Assembly: GCA_050250135.1 (NCBI GenBank)
Contig: JBFWPF010000005.1
Location: 5,690-69,689 of the forward strand
Source of the DNA: Parachlamydiales bacterium
GTDB taxonomy: Bacteria > Chlamydiota > Chlamydiia > Chlamydiales > JAFEGQ01
DNA: 64,000 nt
Direction of reading: 5' to 3'
This document shows positions 18,604-28,429 of this stretch, one piece after another. The stretch's first letter is position 1. The number at the start of each line of letters is the position of its first letter. The translations under genes were made by a program, and so were the position numbers. Under the pieces are notes generated by a model. That model made no database searches. It saw only the letters and a program-made list of their open reading frames with translations, and was not told where the DNA came from.

Positions 18604-19411
18604 GCTCGGGGTAGAGCTCTAAGCATTTTGCCGTCCATACGGGATGCCTGGCCAGCGCTGTTGGAGGAATAATCGTCATCTTGCTGAAGTCTTTTATAAA
18701 GAATCGCAAGAAGGGATTCCTCACCTCGTAACTTACTGGGGAGGGTCTATCTTCCTTTCCGCTTAGTTCCGTCCAGGTTCCCTTGTCAACAGCAGGCAGC
18801 TGCGGCCACCAGCTGACCCACTGGATCGATACCAGCGCCTTGCCCTCCTGATCGATAAAGAGCAATTCCGCCTCCCCAGCCTGCTCTCTTGCAAAAAAGA
18901 GACCATCCGTACCCTTACGGACCCAGATCCGTTCAAAGCCCGTAGCGCAGTAGGGAGATTGGAAGAAAATCTGATCATCGTAGGCAAGGGGATGGGAGGC
19001 TAGGAATTGTTGGAAAGTTGGGTAGCAGCGGCTCAACCCACGGGGGTGCCACTTCTTGGCAAGGTCGTTCCACCCCCGTTCGATCATGCTATTCGGAGGC
19101 AGGAGGGGCCGAGACACCCATTGACCTTCGATCGGCTTTACCTCTTTCATCCAGACCTCCGCCATCCACTCTAGCCAGGTCGAGCAGACCCGCTCGGCTT
19201 TGCCCCGTTCAGGCAGTACATGTTCACGGGGGTAGCCCCCTCTCCAGGGGCGGGGGTCACAAATCTCTCAGCTTGCAGTCGTCGCCCATAGCTATGGCTA
19301 TGAGCTCCTCCTTTAAGCTGAGATCTTTGCAACCCGCGCTCCCTAGCGAGGGGACCCCCCCTCGTGAACACGTACTTCAGGCAGAGGCAAATAACCAAAC
19401 ACGAGTGGCAT
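18578..19411 (-). pseudogene. Hypothetical gene interrupted near its 5' end by palindromic copy 2 (3' part 18578-19165 still open)
   Basis: AAGGA SD and ATG at 19411 (MPLVFGYLPLPEV); the element adds TAG and TGA in this frame; removing 156 bp gives one continuous ORF into LPERGKAERVCSTWLEWMAEVW. Confidence 0.6.
19217..19374. repeat. Palindromic element, copy 2 (158 bp, TA..TA)
   Basis: Ends TACATGTTCACG/CGTGAACACGTA; 59-nt core identical to 46606-46664; centre TCGTC-GCCCATAGC-tatg-GCTATGAGC-TCCTCC. Confidence 0.93.
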
Positions 19412-19645
19412 AATGTCCTTAACGTCTAAAGCGGTGTAGTCCATAAATAACATCCTTGGGTTTTTCCGTTAAAGGATATCTATTGTCGAAATAGAGATAT
19501 AGCGCTTTTGCATTGGCCTAGGGAGGAAAGTTCAATTCGCTCTATTTCAGCAACTTGAGTCAAATTAAAATAAAAAGTTTGCGTATTTCTGGGAAGGGGC
19601 GGTATGGGAGGTAATACCTGCATTTTGGAGCCCGGAAAAGTGAGC

Positions 19646-20698
19646 ATGGACGCGAAAGGACTGATAGAGAGGCATCTGGAGGCCTACACCGAGGCAAATG
19701 GGGCGCTCGCTAAGCTAGAGCGCCGTCTCAAGGAGGAGACCGACACAGCCCTGATCGACTGGGTAGACCACCTCTGCCTAGCCGATCATGGGCGACTGTC
19801 GCCTGAATTGGAGAGAGCGGGCTATCGGAAGGTGGGGTCGGACCCCCACTATGATCTATTGCAGCGGCAGGGGCTCCCTTCAGTTCTGGTCTATGATGCT
19901 GACCACTTCCATATGCGGGGGGCAGCGGTGCGGGCCGATTCGGTCGCCGATTACCTGATGGTGCGGGGGATCTCCTCCGCTATTGAGGGGGCACCGCTGG
20001 GCAACTACCGTAGGGTGTCGGTGGCGAGCGAGGGGGGGGTGGCCCTGTGGGTCGTAGAGCGGCGGGGCCCGTTTACTTTGGAGCTCTCAGCGAGGCGGAC
20101 CGGCGGACCAGAGCGGGGAATGCGGGCGCGCGAGCTCTGCCGGAGCCGCCCCAGGGTCTGGCAGGATGGCGCGGCAGCGCTCAAGCAGGCCAGAGGAAGG
20201 ATAGAGCAGATGATCGAGCTGGTGGGGCAGTCGGTGGCGGCTAGCCTCTTCTTGGAGACGGAGCGGGACTACTGGCAACACCGGTCTGCGCCTGGGATGT
20301 TGCAAAAGGTGCGGCAAGATGGGCTCGGTCTGGGATGGGCCAACCGGCGGCGCCATATTTTCTACACGAGTGAGGGGCTGCGGGCTAAGACGGCTGAGCT
20401 GTTTGAGCTGCTCGGATTTGAAGGGGGCATCCACAAAGACAATGGGGAGCAGATCGAGGTGGTGAGTGGGAAGGGGGCCGAAAGGTGGTGCCTGCTCCAC
20501 GGCGACTCGTTGCTGCGGGCGGGTCTCTATGCCCTTGAGGTGGCGATGGCGGCAGAGCCAGAGCGGTCTCAGGCCCACTGGCCGGTAGGAGAGGAGCAGC
20601 TCGCTGAGCTCGTTTCCAAAGGGGTTCTTACGGAAGAGGAGGCCACTCAGATCAGAGAAGAGGGAGCTCCCGGTAGCCTATTGATGGCAAAGCAGTAA
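19646..20698 (+). CDS. Hypothetical protein (possibly VOC/glyoxalase-like)
   Basis: Long ORF with host-like codon use; DWVDH, ERDYWQ and QDGLGLGWAN segments; start could be 19604. Confidence 0.7.
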   Translation: MDAKGLIERHLEAYTEANGALAKLERRLKEETDTALIDWVDHLCLADHGRLSPELERAGYRKVGSDPHYDLLQRQGLPSVLVYDADHFHMRGAAVRADSVADYLMVRGISSAIEGAPLGNYRRVSVASEGGVALWVVERRGPFTLELSARRTGGPERGMRARELCRSRPRVWQDGAAALKQARGRIEQMIELVGQSVAASLFLETERDYWQHRSAPGMLQKVRQDGLGLGWANRRRHIFYTSEGLRAKTAELFELLGFEGGIHKDNGEQIEVVSGKGAERWCLLHGDSLLRAGLYALEVAMAAEPERSQAHWPVGEEQLAELVSKGVLTEEEATQIREEGAPGSLLMAKQ

Positions 20699-20729
20699 TC
20701 GCCCAAAATAGGCTCAAGAGGTGTGTGCA

Positions 20730-21935
20730 ATGTGGAAGCTGCTGTTAGGATCGTTGCTGGCTATTCTCCCCTTAACCGCCCAAACCCCCTCCTGGACCGG
20801 GTTGGTCGAGGGGACCGACCAGTTCACCCTCGACCTCTACAAGGCGATTTCACCGGCGCCTGGTAACCTCATCATCTCCCCCTTCTCTCTGTCAACGGCT
20901 CTTGCGATTCCCTATGTAGGAGCTAAAGGGAGGACGGCGCAGGAGATGCAGCGGGTGCTCTACTACCCTCAAGTAGGGGGAGCTGCCCTCGCTCAAATCT
21001 TCACCGATCTTGCCGACCACCTGAGCAGCGATAAGGGAGAGGGGCTCGAGCTCCGAATCGCCCGCAGCCTCTGGGTACAAGAGGATCTCTCCCTCGCTCA
21101 CCCCTTTCAGAAGGTGATGGAGGAGACTTTTAGAGGGGGGCTTCAGGAGGTCGATTTCAAGATGCCCAAGATCGCCCGCCGAGAAATTAATGCGTGGGTG
21201 AAAGAGGAGACGGGAGGGAGGATCACCGACCTGATGCCCGAAGGGTCGGTGACGCCGGCCGATCGGATGATCTCGGTCTCGGCCCTCTACCTTCGGGCCA
21301 ACTGGACCCTCCCCTTCGACCCCCGCAAGACCCAAGATGAGCCCTTTTCGATTTCCCCAAGTCAGCAGATCAAAACTCCTCTGATGCACGGACAGATGCG
21401 CCTCCCCCACCTGGCGGGGGATCGGCTCGAGGCGATCGCCCTCCCCTATGAGGGAGGAAAAGAGGGGGTGCAATTGGCGATGCTGATCCTCTTGCCAAAG
21501 ACGGGGGAGCTGGGCGAATTTGAGCAGGCGCTCTCCCTCGACCTTCTCAAGGGGATCCTCGAGCAGATGAGCCTTAAAGAGGTCGCCGTGACCCTCCCCA
21601 GGTTCCGGATGTCGACCCGCCTCTACGCCAAGGATGTGCTTGAGGGGCTAGGGATGACAACCCCCTTCTCGAGGCAGGCCGACTTTTCGGGGATCGACGG
21701 AGGCAAGGGACTTCAGCTCAACGCCGCCATCCACCAGGCCTACATCGATGTCGACGAATATGGGACCGAAGCCACAGCGGCCTCGGCCGTCTCAGTCGGG
21801 GTCACCTCCGCTCCGGCCAAAGAGAGTGAAGTCGCCTTTGTCGCCGACCACCCCTTCCTTACCGTTGTTCTTGACGCCGGCTCAGGTCAAATTTTATTTA
21901 TAGGTCGTGTCGAAAACCCCTCCTCCGAGGTTTAA
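20730..21935 (+). CDS. Secreted serpin
   Basis: Signal peptide; NLIISPFS, INAWV..T.G.I, hinge EYGTEATAASA and FVADHPF signature. Confidence 0.94.
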   Translation: MWKLLLGSLLAILPLTAQTPSWTGLVEGTDQFTLDLYKAISPAPGNLIISPFSLSTALAIPYVGAKGRTAQEMQRVLYYPQVGGAALAQIFTDLADHLSSDKGEGLELRIARSLWVQEDLSLAHPFQKVMEETFRGGLQEVDFKMPKIARREINAWVKEETGGRITDLMPEGSVTPADRMISVSALYLRANWTLPFDPRKTQDEPFSISPSQQIKTPLMHGQMRLPHLAGDRLEAIALPYEGGKEGVQLAMLILLPKTGELGEFEQALSLDLLKGILEQMSLKEVAVTLPRFRMSTRLYAKDVLEGLGMTTPFSRQADFSGIDGGKGLQLNAAIHQAYIDVDEYGTEATAASAVSVGVTSAPAKESEVAFVADHPFLTVVLDAGSGQILFIGRVENPSSEV

Positions 21936-22097
21936 CCCCTGATGGCAGCCTATCGTCCTGACGGCAGCGACAGTGAGCGGCCATCTGGAGCACATCCCTC
22001 CTTACCCGGGTTTGCAAACCCGGCCTCGTCACGATGTGCACCATCTGACCACCCCCTGATGCCCCTTCAGGACGATAGGTTGCCATCAGGGGTTTAA
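21931..22097. repeat. Palindromic element, copy 3 (167 bp)
   Basis: Arms CCCCTGATGGCAGCCTATCGTCCTGA/TCAGGACGATAGGTTGCCATCAGGGG; centre CTCCT-..CCGGGTTT-gc-AAACCCGG-..TCGTC; homologous to the reverse complement of 43666-43832. Confidence 0.92.
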
Positions 22098-22119
22098 TTT
22101 TTCGGGGGATAGAGGTATC

Positions 22120-22854
22120 ATGATTGTCCACTCGGCCGGCCGCACTGACATTGGCCTAGTCCGCACCCGAAATGAAGATGAGTGGGCCCAGATCCCAGAA
22201 CTTCACTTTTATGCCCTTGCCGATGGGATGGGGGGGCACAAGGCAGGAGATGTGGCCGCCAAGCGGGCAGTGGCAACGGCAATCGACTACGCCCGGGCTC
22301 ATGCGGGGAAGGAGTCGGGTAAGTTGCTGATTGCCAAGGCATTAGATGCGGCAAATCGGGAGGTCTACCGCCTGGCCAAGGGGGACCCCAACCTAAAGGG
22401 GATGGGGACGACCCTCTGCCTTCTCCGGATTGAGGGGGAGCGGGCCTACTTTGGTCATGTGGGGGATAGCCGGATCTACCGGATGAGGGGAGGGGAGCTT
22501 CTTCAGCTGACTGAGGACCACTCGCTGGTCTCTCAGCTGATCCGGGCGGGGCAACTGCGGCCGGAGGAGGAGCAGGCGAGGGCCTACCGCCATGTGGTGA
22601 CCCGGGCGGTGGGGACCCGTTCGAAGGTCCTCCCCACCTTGGGGGAGATCGAGGTGGCTAAGGGGGACCTCTTCCTCCTTTGCAGCGATGGCCTCTCCGA
22701 CCAGCTGAGCGGAAAGGAGATTGCCGGCGTGCTAAGGGGGGTGGCGGGTGTCGCCGAGGGGGCCGAGAGGCTGATCGAGGCGGCAACGGTGGCAGGTGGG
22801 GATGACAATACGACTGTGATTGTGGTGAGCATCGGTGAGGAGAATCTACCTTGA
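22120..22854 (+). CDS. PP2C-type Ser/Thr phosphatase
   Basis: TDIG..R..NED, ADGMGGH, GMGTT, HVGDSRIY, LCSDGL and GG.DN.T motifs. Confidence 0.95.
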   Translation: MIVHSAGRTDIGLVRTRNEDEWAQIPELHFYALADGMGGHKAGDVAAKRAVATAIDYARAHAGKESGKLLIAKALDAANREVYRLAKGDPNLKGMGTTLCLLRIEGERAYFGHVGDSRIYRMRGGELLQLTEDHSLVSQLIRAGQLRPEEEQARAYRHVVTRAVGTRSKVLPTLGEIEVAKGDLFLLCSDGLSDQLSGKEIAGVLRGVAGVAEGAERLIEAATVAGGDDNTTVIVVSIGEENLP

Positions 22855-23908
22855 TAACAACGCGACAACACCGCTCGACCCGAGAGTGGCCGAGGCGATG
22901 GCGCTTGACCTGCTCCCTGCGAACCCCTCCAGCGTCCATTGGTATGGCAGGGAAGCGCGCAACCGGCTAACCAAAGCCCGTCGGACCGTTGCTGAAGTCC
23001 TGGGCATCCTTCCAAGTGAGGTTGTCTTTACCTCAGGTGGTACCGAATCGCTCTGCACCGTGTTGCAGGGAATGGAGGGGCATATCCTCTCCTCCAATCT
23101 GGAACATCCGGCGGTCTATGAGACCCTGCAAAGGCGGGGGAGCGCGACCTTTCTTGAGCCGGGCCCCTATGGAGCCCCCACCCCTGAGCAGGTCGAGCGG
23201 GCGATTCAGCCCAATACCCGCCTGATCGCCCTGATGGCGGTCAACAATGAGACCGGCGCTGTGACCGATATTGAGGGGATCGCTCGAGTGGCCCAGTCGG
23301 CGAATATCCCCTTGCTCGTTGATGCAGTAGCTCTCATGGGCAAGGGGCCCTTGCCCCTCTTTCCCGGGGTTTCGGCTATTGCCCTCTCGGGCCACAAGTT
23401 TCACGGACCAGCCGGCATAGGGCTCCTTATCCTGCGCACCCCTTTTCGGTGCCCCTCCCTTTTGACTGGAGGAGGGCAGGAGGGGGGGAGGCGCCCTGGG
23501 ACCGAAAACCTGATGGGGATCATCGGCCTTGCCAAGGCGGTTGAGCTCCTCGACCTCTCGGCGATTGCCCATATGTCCCTCCTGAGGGAGCGGCTTGAGG
23601 GGGGGATTTTGCGCCGTTTTCCCGAGGCGAAGATCAATGGAGAGGGGCCTCGAATTTGCAACACAGCCAATATCGCCTTTGGCGACCTTGAAGCGGAGGC
23701 GCTGATGATGAATCTCGATTTAGAGGGGGTAGCGGTAAGCCATGGCTCGGCCTGTACCTCGGGGTCGTTAGAGCCCTCCCGTGTTCTCCTCAATATGGGC
23801 TACTCCCGCCAGCGGGCGGCCGCCTCCCTCCGCTTCTCCCTCAGCCGCTTCAACACCTCGGAGGAGATCGATCTCACACTCGAAATCCTCTCAAAATTAA
23901 TGAATTAA
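22835..23908 (+). CDS. iscS: Cysteine desulfurase (NifS/IscS family)
   Basis: YLDNNATT, FTSGGTE, VNNETG, SGHKFHGP and S.GSAC.SG motifs. Confidence 0.92.
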   Translation: MRRIYLDNNATTPLDPRVAEAMALDLLPANPSSVHWYGREARNRLTKARRTVAEVLGILPSEVVFTSGGTESLCTVLQGMEGHILSSNLEHPAVYETLQRRGSATFLEPGPYGAPTPEQVERAIQPNTRLIALMAVNNETGAVTDIEGIARVAQSANIPLLVDAVALMGKGPLPLFPGVSAIALSGHKFHGPAGIGLLILRTPFRCPSLLTGGGQEGGRRPGTENLMGIIGLAKAVELLDLSAIAHMSLLRERLEGGILRRFPEAKINGEGPRICNTANIAFGDLEAEALMMNLDLEGVAVSHGSACTSGSLEPSRVLLNMGYSRQRAAASLRFSLSRFNTSEEIDLTLEILSKLMN

Positions 23909-23912
23909 GTAA

Positions 23913-23974
23913 GACCAAAATAAAGGCAACTTTCGTTTGGTCCGGACCAAACGAAAGCTGCCTTTATTTTGGTC
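23913..23974. repeat. 62-bp near-perfect loopless palindrome between convergent genes (possible bidirectional terminator or REP doublet)
   Basis: 31-bp arms with one mismatch, centred on TCC|GGA; each arm is itself a hairpin. Confidence 0.85.
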
Positions 23975-23977
23975 CAA

Positions 23978-25222
23978 CTATCTGAGCGATTTGATGCCGA
24001 CGACTTTGGGGCCGAGGAGGCCCGACTCGACGACCGAAAGCTCAAAGTCGCCGACCCGCACCGTATCCCCCTCCTCGGGGGGATGGTCGAGGCGGGTCCG
24101 GAGAAGGTCCCCAAAGGTCTCCCCCTCCTTCCCCTCCAACCGGGTGTTGTAGAGGGCATTGAACTCTTCGACCGGTGTGTCAGCAGGGAAGGAGCGCTCG
24201 ACTAAGAGCCTCCCCTTGGGAAGGCGTAAGGGGCCCTGCACCTGGTACTCGGGGGCCTTGCCAAAGAGCTCCTCTAGGATGTCCTCGAGCGTGAGCAGGC
24301 CAATCGCCCGCCCCTCCTGATCGAGGACGACCGCCACATCCTGGTTGTTGTGGCGGAACTGCTTGAGGATCTCGGTGAGGGGCATCGTGTGGGTGATAAA
24401 CCAGGGCTGGCGGGCGTAGTGGCGAAGGGGCTCTTTATCGCTGACTAGGACGACGTCGCGAGGGAAAGCAATGGCGACGATGTGGCTGCGCGTCTCGTAG
24501 TAGAGGGGAAGGCAGGGGACCCGGAAGTGGGAGAGCCCTTTTCGCATATCTCCCATCCGCGCATCCCACCGGAGCATCCGGATGGAGGGGAGGGGAGTCA
24601 TCGCCTCCTTGGCGACTTTAGCGCGCAGGCTAAAGATGTTGGTGACGAGCCTGTTGAAGGGGTCGGCCTCGCCCCCCCTCTCGATCTCCTCCTCGGGCCC
24701 CTCAACGATATGCTCGAGCTCCTCGCGGGAGAGCATGTTGAGGCTCGTCCGCCGCTTGGCACCGATAACGAGGGAGGCCAGGCGGGAGATGCCGGCGATA
24801 AGCCAGATGACCGGTTTGAGGAGGAGGGAGGTGGTGTAGACGACCGGTATGCCGAGCATTGCGACCTGCTCAGAGTAGCGGCGGGCGGCAAACATCGGGG
24901 CGATCTCGGCAAAGACCATCACGAGGAAGACCTGAGTGAGAGGGGCGATGTCGGGGTTGAGCCCAAAGCCGAGGTAGACCCGGCGGCTACACTCGGAGCC
25001 GACCTGAAGGGCGAGGTTGACCATCACGAGGGTGGTCCCAAAGAGCTTTGAGGGGTCCTGCAGGAGGGTCCGGATCCAGCGGGCCCGCTTGTAACCCCTC
25101 CCCTCGTAGTACTGGAGGCGGATCTTGTTAAACGAGACGAGCGCCATCTCCTGCATCGAGTAGAGGGACTGGATGGCGATGCAAGCAAGGGTAGCAAAGA
25201 TCCAAAAGAGGAGATCTTCCAT
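23978..25222 (-). CDS. CNNM/DUF21-CBS-CorC hemolysin-family protein
   Basis: SMQEMALVS, TTLVMVNLA, FAEIAP and GLLTLEDILEELFG; ATG 25222 abuts the upstream paralog stop. Confidence 0.9.
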   Translation of the reverse strand: MEDLLFWIFATLACIAIQSLYSMQEMALVSFNKIRLQYYEGRGYKRARWIRTLLQDPSKLFGTTLVMVNLALQVGSECSRRVYLGFGLNPDIAPLTQVFLVMVFAEIAPMFAARRYSEQVAMLGIPVVYTTSLLLKPVIWLIAGISRLASLVIGAKRRTSLNMLSREELEHIVEGPEEEIERGGEADPFNRLVTNIFSLRAKVAKEAMTPLPSIRMLRWDARMGDMRKGLSHFRVPCLPLYYETRSHIVAIAFPRDVVLVSDKEPLRHYARQPWFITHTMPLTEILKQFRHNNQDVAVVLDQEGRAIGLLTLEDILEELFGKAPEYQVQGPLRLPKGRLLVERSFPADTPVEEFNALYNTRLEGKEGETFGDLLRTRLDHPPEEGDTVRVGDFELSVVESGLLGPKVVGIKSLR

Positions 25223-26460
25223 TAGGGACTCCTTATCCGGCGGATATAGACCCGGCGGATCCGATTCGGATCGGCTGCTAGGATCTGAAAGAGGAGGTCT
25301 GACTCGATATGGCGGGCTCCCGCTTGGGGGAGGGAGCCGATCCGGTCGGCCAGCCACCCCCCAATGGTCACGAGGCTCCGCGGATTCGGTAGGGTGACCC
25401 CAAAGAGCTCCCGCAGCTCAGTTAGCTCGAGTTTCCCCGAGGCAATCACCACGTCGGGCCCCGCTCGGGTGTAGAGGGTCTGGGTGTCCCGCTGGTCGGC
25501 GATCTCCCCAACGACCACCTCTACCAGGTCCTCACGGGTGACGAGTCCCGTTGCCGATCCATATTCATCGACGACGATCGCCATCGCCCCTCCCCCCTCA
25601 TTGAACTTCTGGAGAAGGGCTTTGGCAGGCATCGTCTCGGGGACAAAGAGGGGCTTGCGACTGATTCTCACCACATCTTTGCCACTTTGTATCCGCTCCC
25701 GTTGCAAAAGGAAGTCGGTTGCCTCGATGATCCCCACCACATGCTCAAGGTCCCCATGGCAAACCGGTACGCGGGTGCACTGCTGCTCCACAAAGGCCTC
25801 GGCGAGGTTCTCGACCGGCTCTTCCCGGTCGTAGAGGATCAGATCCCCTCGTGGGCGCATTAGCTCCTTCACATGGGCCTGTTGGAAGGCGAGGGTGCCT
25901 CGGATCAGCTCTGACTCTTCTCGGGTTAGGATCCCGTGCCTCTCGGAGAGATCGAGGGCGTGCCCGAGCTCCTCCTGAGAGATCTCCTTGCGGGGTTTTA
26001 GGCAAAAGAAGGTGACTTGGGAGACGTAGCCTGCAATGGCGGTGATTGCCCGACGGATGGGGGAGAGAAGTTGGTGAAGAAAGGCGATAAAGGGGACGAC
26101 CCATCGGGCGATCTGCTCGTTGTTGGCGAGCGCGACCGTTTTAGGGAGGAGCTCTCCAAACACGAGGGTGAGTCCCAGAGGCACCCCCACGGTGAGGAGC
26201 CATGCTGAGGTGGTCCCAAATAGGCTTGAGGCGACGTTCTGGACCAGGATATTGACCAGAACGTTTCCCATTAGAATCGTCACTAAAAGGCCGCGGGGCC
26301 GTGACATCAGCCGGGCGATCAGCCGTTTTTTCGGGTCGAGCTCCCGCCGGTAGGCGCGCAGCTGCATCGAGGAGAGGGAGAAGAGGGCCGTCTCTGAGCC
26401 CGAAAAGAGGCCGGAGAGGAGGACAAAAAGGGCCATTGCGCCGATCAGCACCGCTGTCAT
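25222..26460 (-). CDS. CNNM/DUF21-CBS-CorC hemolysin-family protein
   Basis: FSGSETALFSL, TILMGN, FGELLPK and VVDEYG..GLVT.EDLVE..VGEI.D motifs. Confidence 0.93.
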   Translation of the reverse strand: MTAVLIGAMALFVLLSGLFSGSETALFSLSSMQLRAYRRELDPKKRLIARLMSRPRGLLVTILMGNVLVNILVQNVASSLFGTTSAWLLTVGVPLGLTLVFGELLPKTVALANNEQIARWVVPFIAFLHQLLSPIRRAITAIAGYVSQVTFFCLKPRKEISQEELGHALDLSERHGILTREESELIRGTLAFQQAHVKELMRPRGDLILYDREEPVENLAEAFVEQQCTRVPVCHGDLEHVVGIIEATDFLLQRERIQSGKDVVRISRKPLFVPETMPAKALLQKFNEGGGAMAIVVDEYGSATGLVTREDLVEVVVGEIADQRDTQTLYTRAGPDVVIASGKLELTELRELFGVTLPNPRSLVTIGGWLADRIGSLPQAGARHIESDLLFQILAADPNRIRRVYIRRIRSP

Positions 26461-26729
26461 CGGTAGACCCTCTGCCCTTTGGGCACAAGACCTAATTTGG
26501 CCATCAGCACCTGTTCCATAAGGGCGGGATCGTCATAGGCCGCCAGCCGCTCCTCCATCTCCCGAATCTCTCCGTCGAGCGTTCCGATAAGCTGCCGATT
26601 CTCTGCAATGGCCCCCCTCAGCCGTTCCTGCTCTCCCTGCACGCGCAAGCTCGCCACATCATATACCCCATAGCAGAGGAGGCCGAAGAGGAGGACCCAC
26701 CAGGAGCGGACCACCTGCTGCCACATCAT
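26457..26729 (-). CDS. Small membrane coiled-coil protein (FtsB/septum-initiator-like)
   Basis: One TM segment, a coiled coil and DP..E..L...LGLVP.GQ; translationally coupled to dcd. Confidence 0.65.
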   Translation of the reverse strand: MMWQQVVRSWWVLLFGLLCYGVYDVASLRVQGEQERLRGAIAENRQLIGTLDGEIREMEERLAAYDDPALMEQVLMAKLGLVPKGQRVYR

Positions 26730-27295
26730 GGTCTCGGCAAAGTGATACCCCGCTGTCCCATGTACTTCCCCTTTTTATCGGCGTACGTTAGCTGGCACAT
26801 CTCCTCTGCTTTGAAGAAGAGGAGCTGGGCAATCCCCTCGCCTGCATACACCTTGGCGGGTAGGGGGGTTGTGTTTGAGATCTCAATGGTCACATGCCCC
26901 TCCCACTCGGGTTCGAGTGGGGTCACGTTCACAATGATGCCGCACCGGGCATAGGTCGATTTTCCCAAGCAGATCACCAGGATATCTTTTGGGATCCGGA
27001 AATACTCGACGCTTCTTGCCAGCGCAAAGGAGTTAGGGGGGATCAGGCAGGTTTCGGCCTCAATGTCGACGAAGGCATCGGCGCTAAAATTCTTGGGGTC
27101 GACAATCGAGTTGTAGACATTGGTGAAGACCTTAAACTCACCCGCGATCCGCAGGTCGTAGCCGTAGCTCGAGACGCCGTAGCTGATCTTCCGGTTTCCC
27201 TCCTGATCGGCAGAGACCTGACCCGCTTCGAAGGGCTCGATCATCCCCGCCTCTTGCGCCATCTTTCGGATCCAATGGTCCGGTTTCACTGCCAC
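26726..27295 (-). CDS. dcd: dCTP deaminase
   Basis: [21 protein letters not shown] and PLEPEWEG motifs. Confidence 0.96.
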   Translation of the reverse strand: MAVKPDHWIRKMAQEAGMIEPFEAGQVSADQEGNRKISYGVSSYGYDLRIAGEFKVFTNVYNSIVDPKNFSADAFVDIEAETCLIPPNSFALARSVEYFRIPKDILVICLGKSTYARCGIIVNVTPLEPEWEGHVTIEISNTTPLPAKVYAGEGIAQLLFFKAEEMCQLTYADKKGKYMGQRGITLPRP

Positions 27296-27359
27296 AATAC
27301 CCTCCTGTATCCTCGAAGTTCATGTTAAGAGGGGAGGGAGGTAAAAGGCAACGCGATCT

Positions 27360-27884
27360 TTAGTCTACTGGCGGAGCGCTAGGTAGGGGAAAGGCATTCA
27401 CTGGCCAAGGGAAGTGAATCTGAGGCGCTAAAAGGTCGTAGGGGTAGGGCTCACTGGGCGGCTTGGGCCCCTCGTCGGGTCCGAGCCAGAGGTGGCAAAG
27501 GGGTTCGTAGGGCTGAAGGGTACCCCAGCCATAGAAGAGGGCGGTGAGGGCTGGAGCAAGGTTGGAGGAGAGTTCGCCGATGAGATAGCCTGCAAAGGGG
27601 AGGAGAAGGGTGCCGTACCCAATCGTCTGGCGCCAAGGGGTTGCCTTAAGACGGGTGATCTTTGTCTTGTGCTTGGCGACCTCCCCATCGCTTGCCAGGC
27701 ACCCAATGGTCTGGAGGGCGATGCCGAGGGTGTAGGCCTGCCCTAGCCTTAAGGTCAAGACCTTTGGCCCGGCGGCTCCTACCATCCCGATGAGCAGGAG
27801 GGCGCTGCGCGAGGTCAGCTGCTCCTGCAGCCAGATACCCGGCCATTCGCCCCCCTTGCATCCGACTTGTCCCTCAAAACTCAT
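27360..27884 (-). CDS. Hypothetical membrane protein, paralog A
   Basis: VGC...EWP...L.EQL and YG.G....EPL motifs shared with the neighbour; several TM segments. Confidence 0.72.
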   Translation of the reverse strand: MSFEGQVGCKGGEWPGIWLQEQLTSRSALLLIGMVGAAGPKVLTLRLGQAYTLGIALQTIGCLASDGEVAKHKTKITRLKATPWRQTIGYGTLLLPFAGYLIGELSSNLAPALTALFYGWGTLQPYEPLCHLWLGPDEGPKPPSEPYPYDLLAPQIHFPWPVNAFPLPSAPPVD

Positions 27885-27894
27885 GACACTCTCG

Positions 27895-28341
27895 TTAAAT
27901 AGAAATGCGCTGCCTATTCTCCTGCATCAGTAGCGGCTCCCACACATGAACCACACCGAAGCCATAGCAGAAGGCAAAGGCAGGCGGGAGCCAATCTTGG
28001 AAAGAGCAGCCCAGCAGATAGCCGATACCTGAAAAGACAACCATCCGCACGGCGACCTCAGACCAACTCCTCCCCTTTGCTAATGAGATGAAATCTCGTC
28101 GGTCGTCGCTATGTGTTTGGCCAGTCACCGGATTAGGCGCATTACCTGCATAGGCAATGGTATTGAACGCCACGCCGATGGCGGCTGCGGCGAGGGTCTT
28201 GGTGTTGACGATCCCCCCTCCGATGGCGAGTCCCATCCCGGCGAGAATGCCGAGGTTTACCGAGCCTAGCTGCTCCTTAAGCGCCACAGCGGGCCACTCG
28301 GCTGGTGTGCAGCCCACTGCACGTTCATTCCAAAGGGTCAT
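27895..28341 (-). CDS. Hypothetical membrane protein, paralog B
   Basis: MTLWNERAVGCTPAEWPAVALKEQL; ATG 28341 aligns with the paralog start and avoids overlap with ruvB. Confidence 0.72.
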   Translation of the reverse strand: MTLWNERAVGCTPAEWPAVALKEQLGSVNLGILAGMGLAIGGGIVNTKTLAAAAIGVAFNTIAYAGNAPNPVTGQTHSDDRRDFISLAKGRSWSEVAVRMVVFSGIGYLLGCSFQDWLPPAFAFCYGFGVVHVWEPLLMQENRQRISI

Positions 28342-28429
28342 CTGACAACTTCTTTTTTGGTTTTTCGATAAGAGTATAGCAGATGCCCGCTTCCTTGTAA
28401 AGGGAAAATAGGGTACAACCCAGCTCCAT

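Noticed and set aside
19018-19413. ORFs 19018-19413 (+) and 19171-19398 (-)
   Set aside because: They mostly translate palindromic copy 2 and overlap the better-supported interrupted gene.
19414-19553. Two imperfect inverted repeats in AT-rich intergenic DNA
   Set aside because: Only 10-13 bp arms with mismatches and long loops; compatible with chance or ordinary regulatory sites.
23913-23974. Palindrome as a protelomerase (tel) site
   Set aside because: No protelomerase gene in the window, and it lies within a conserved chromosomal gene block.
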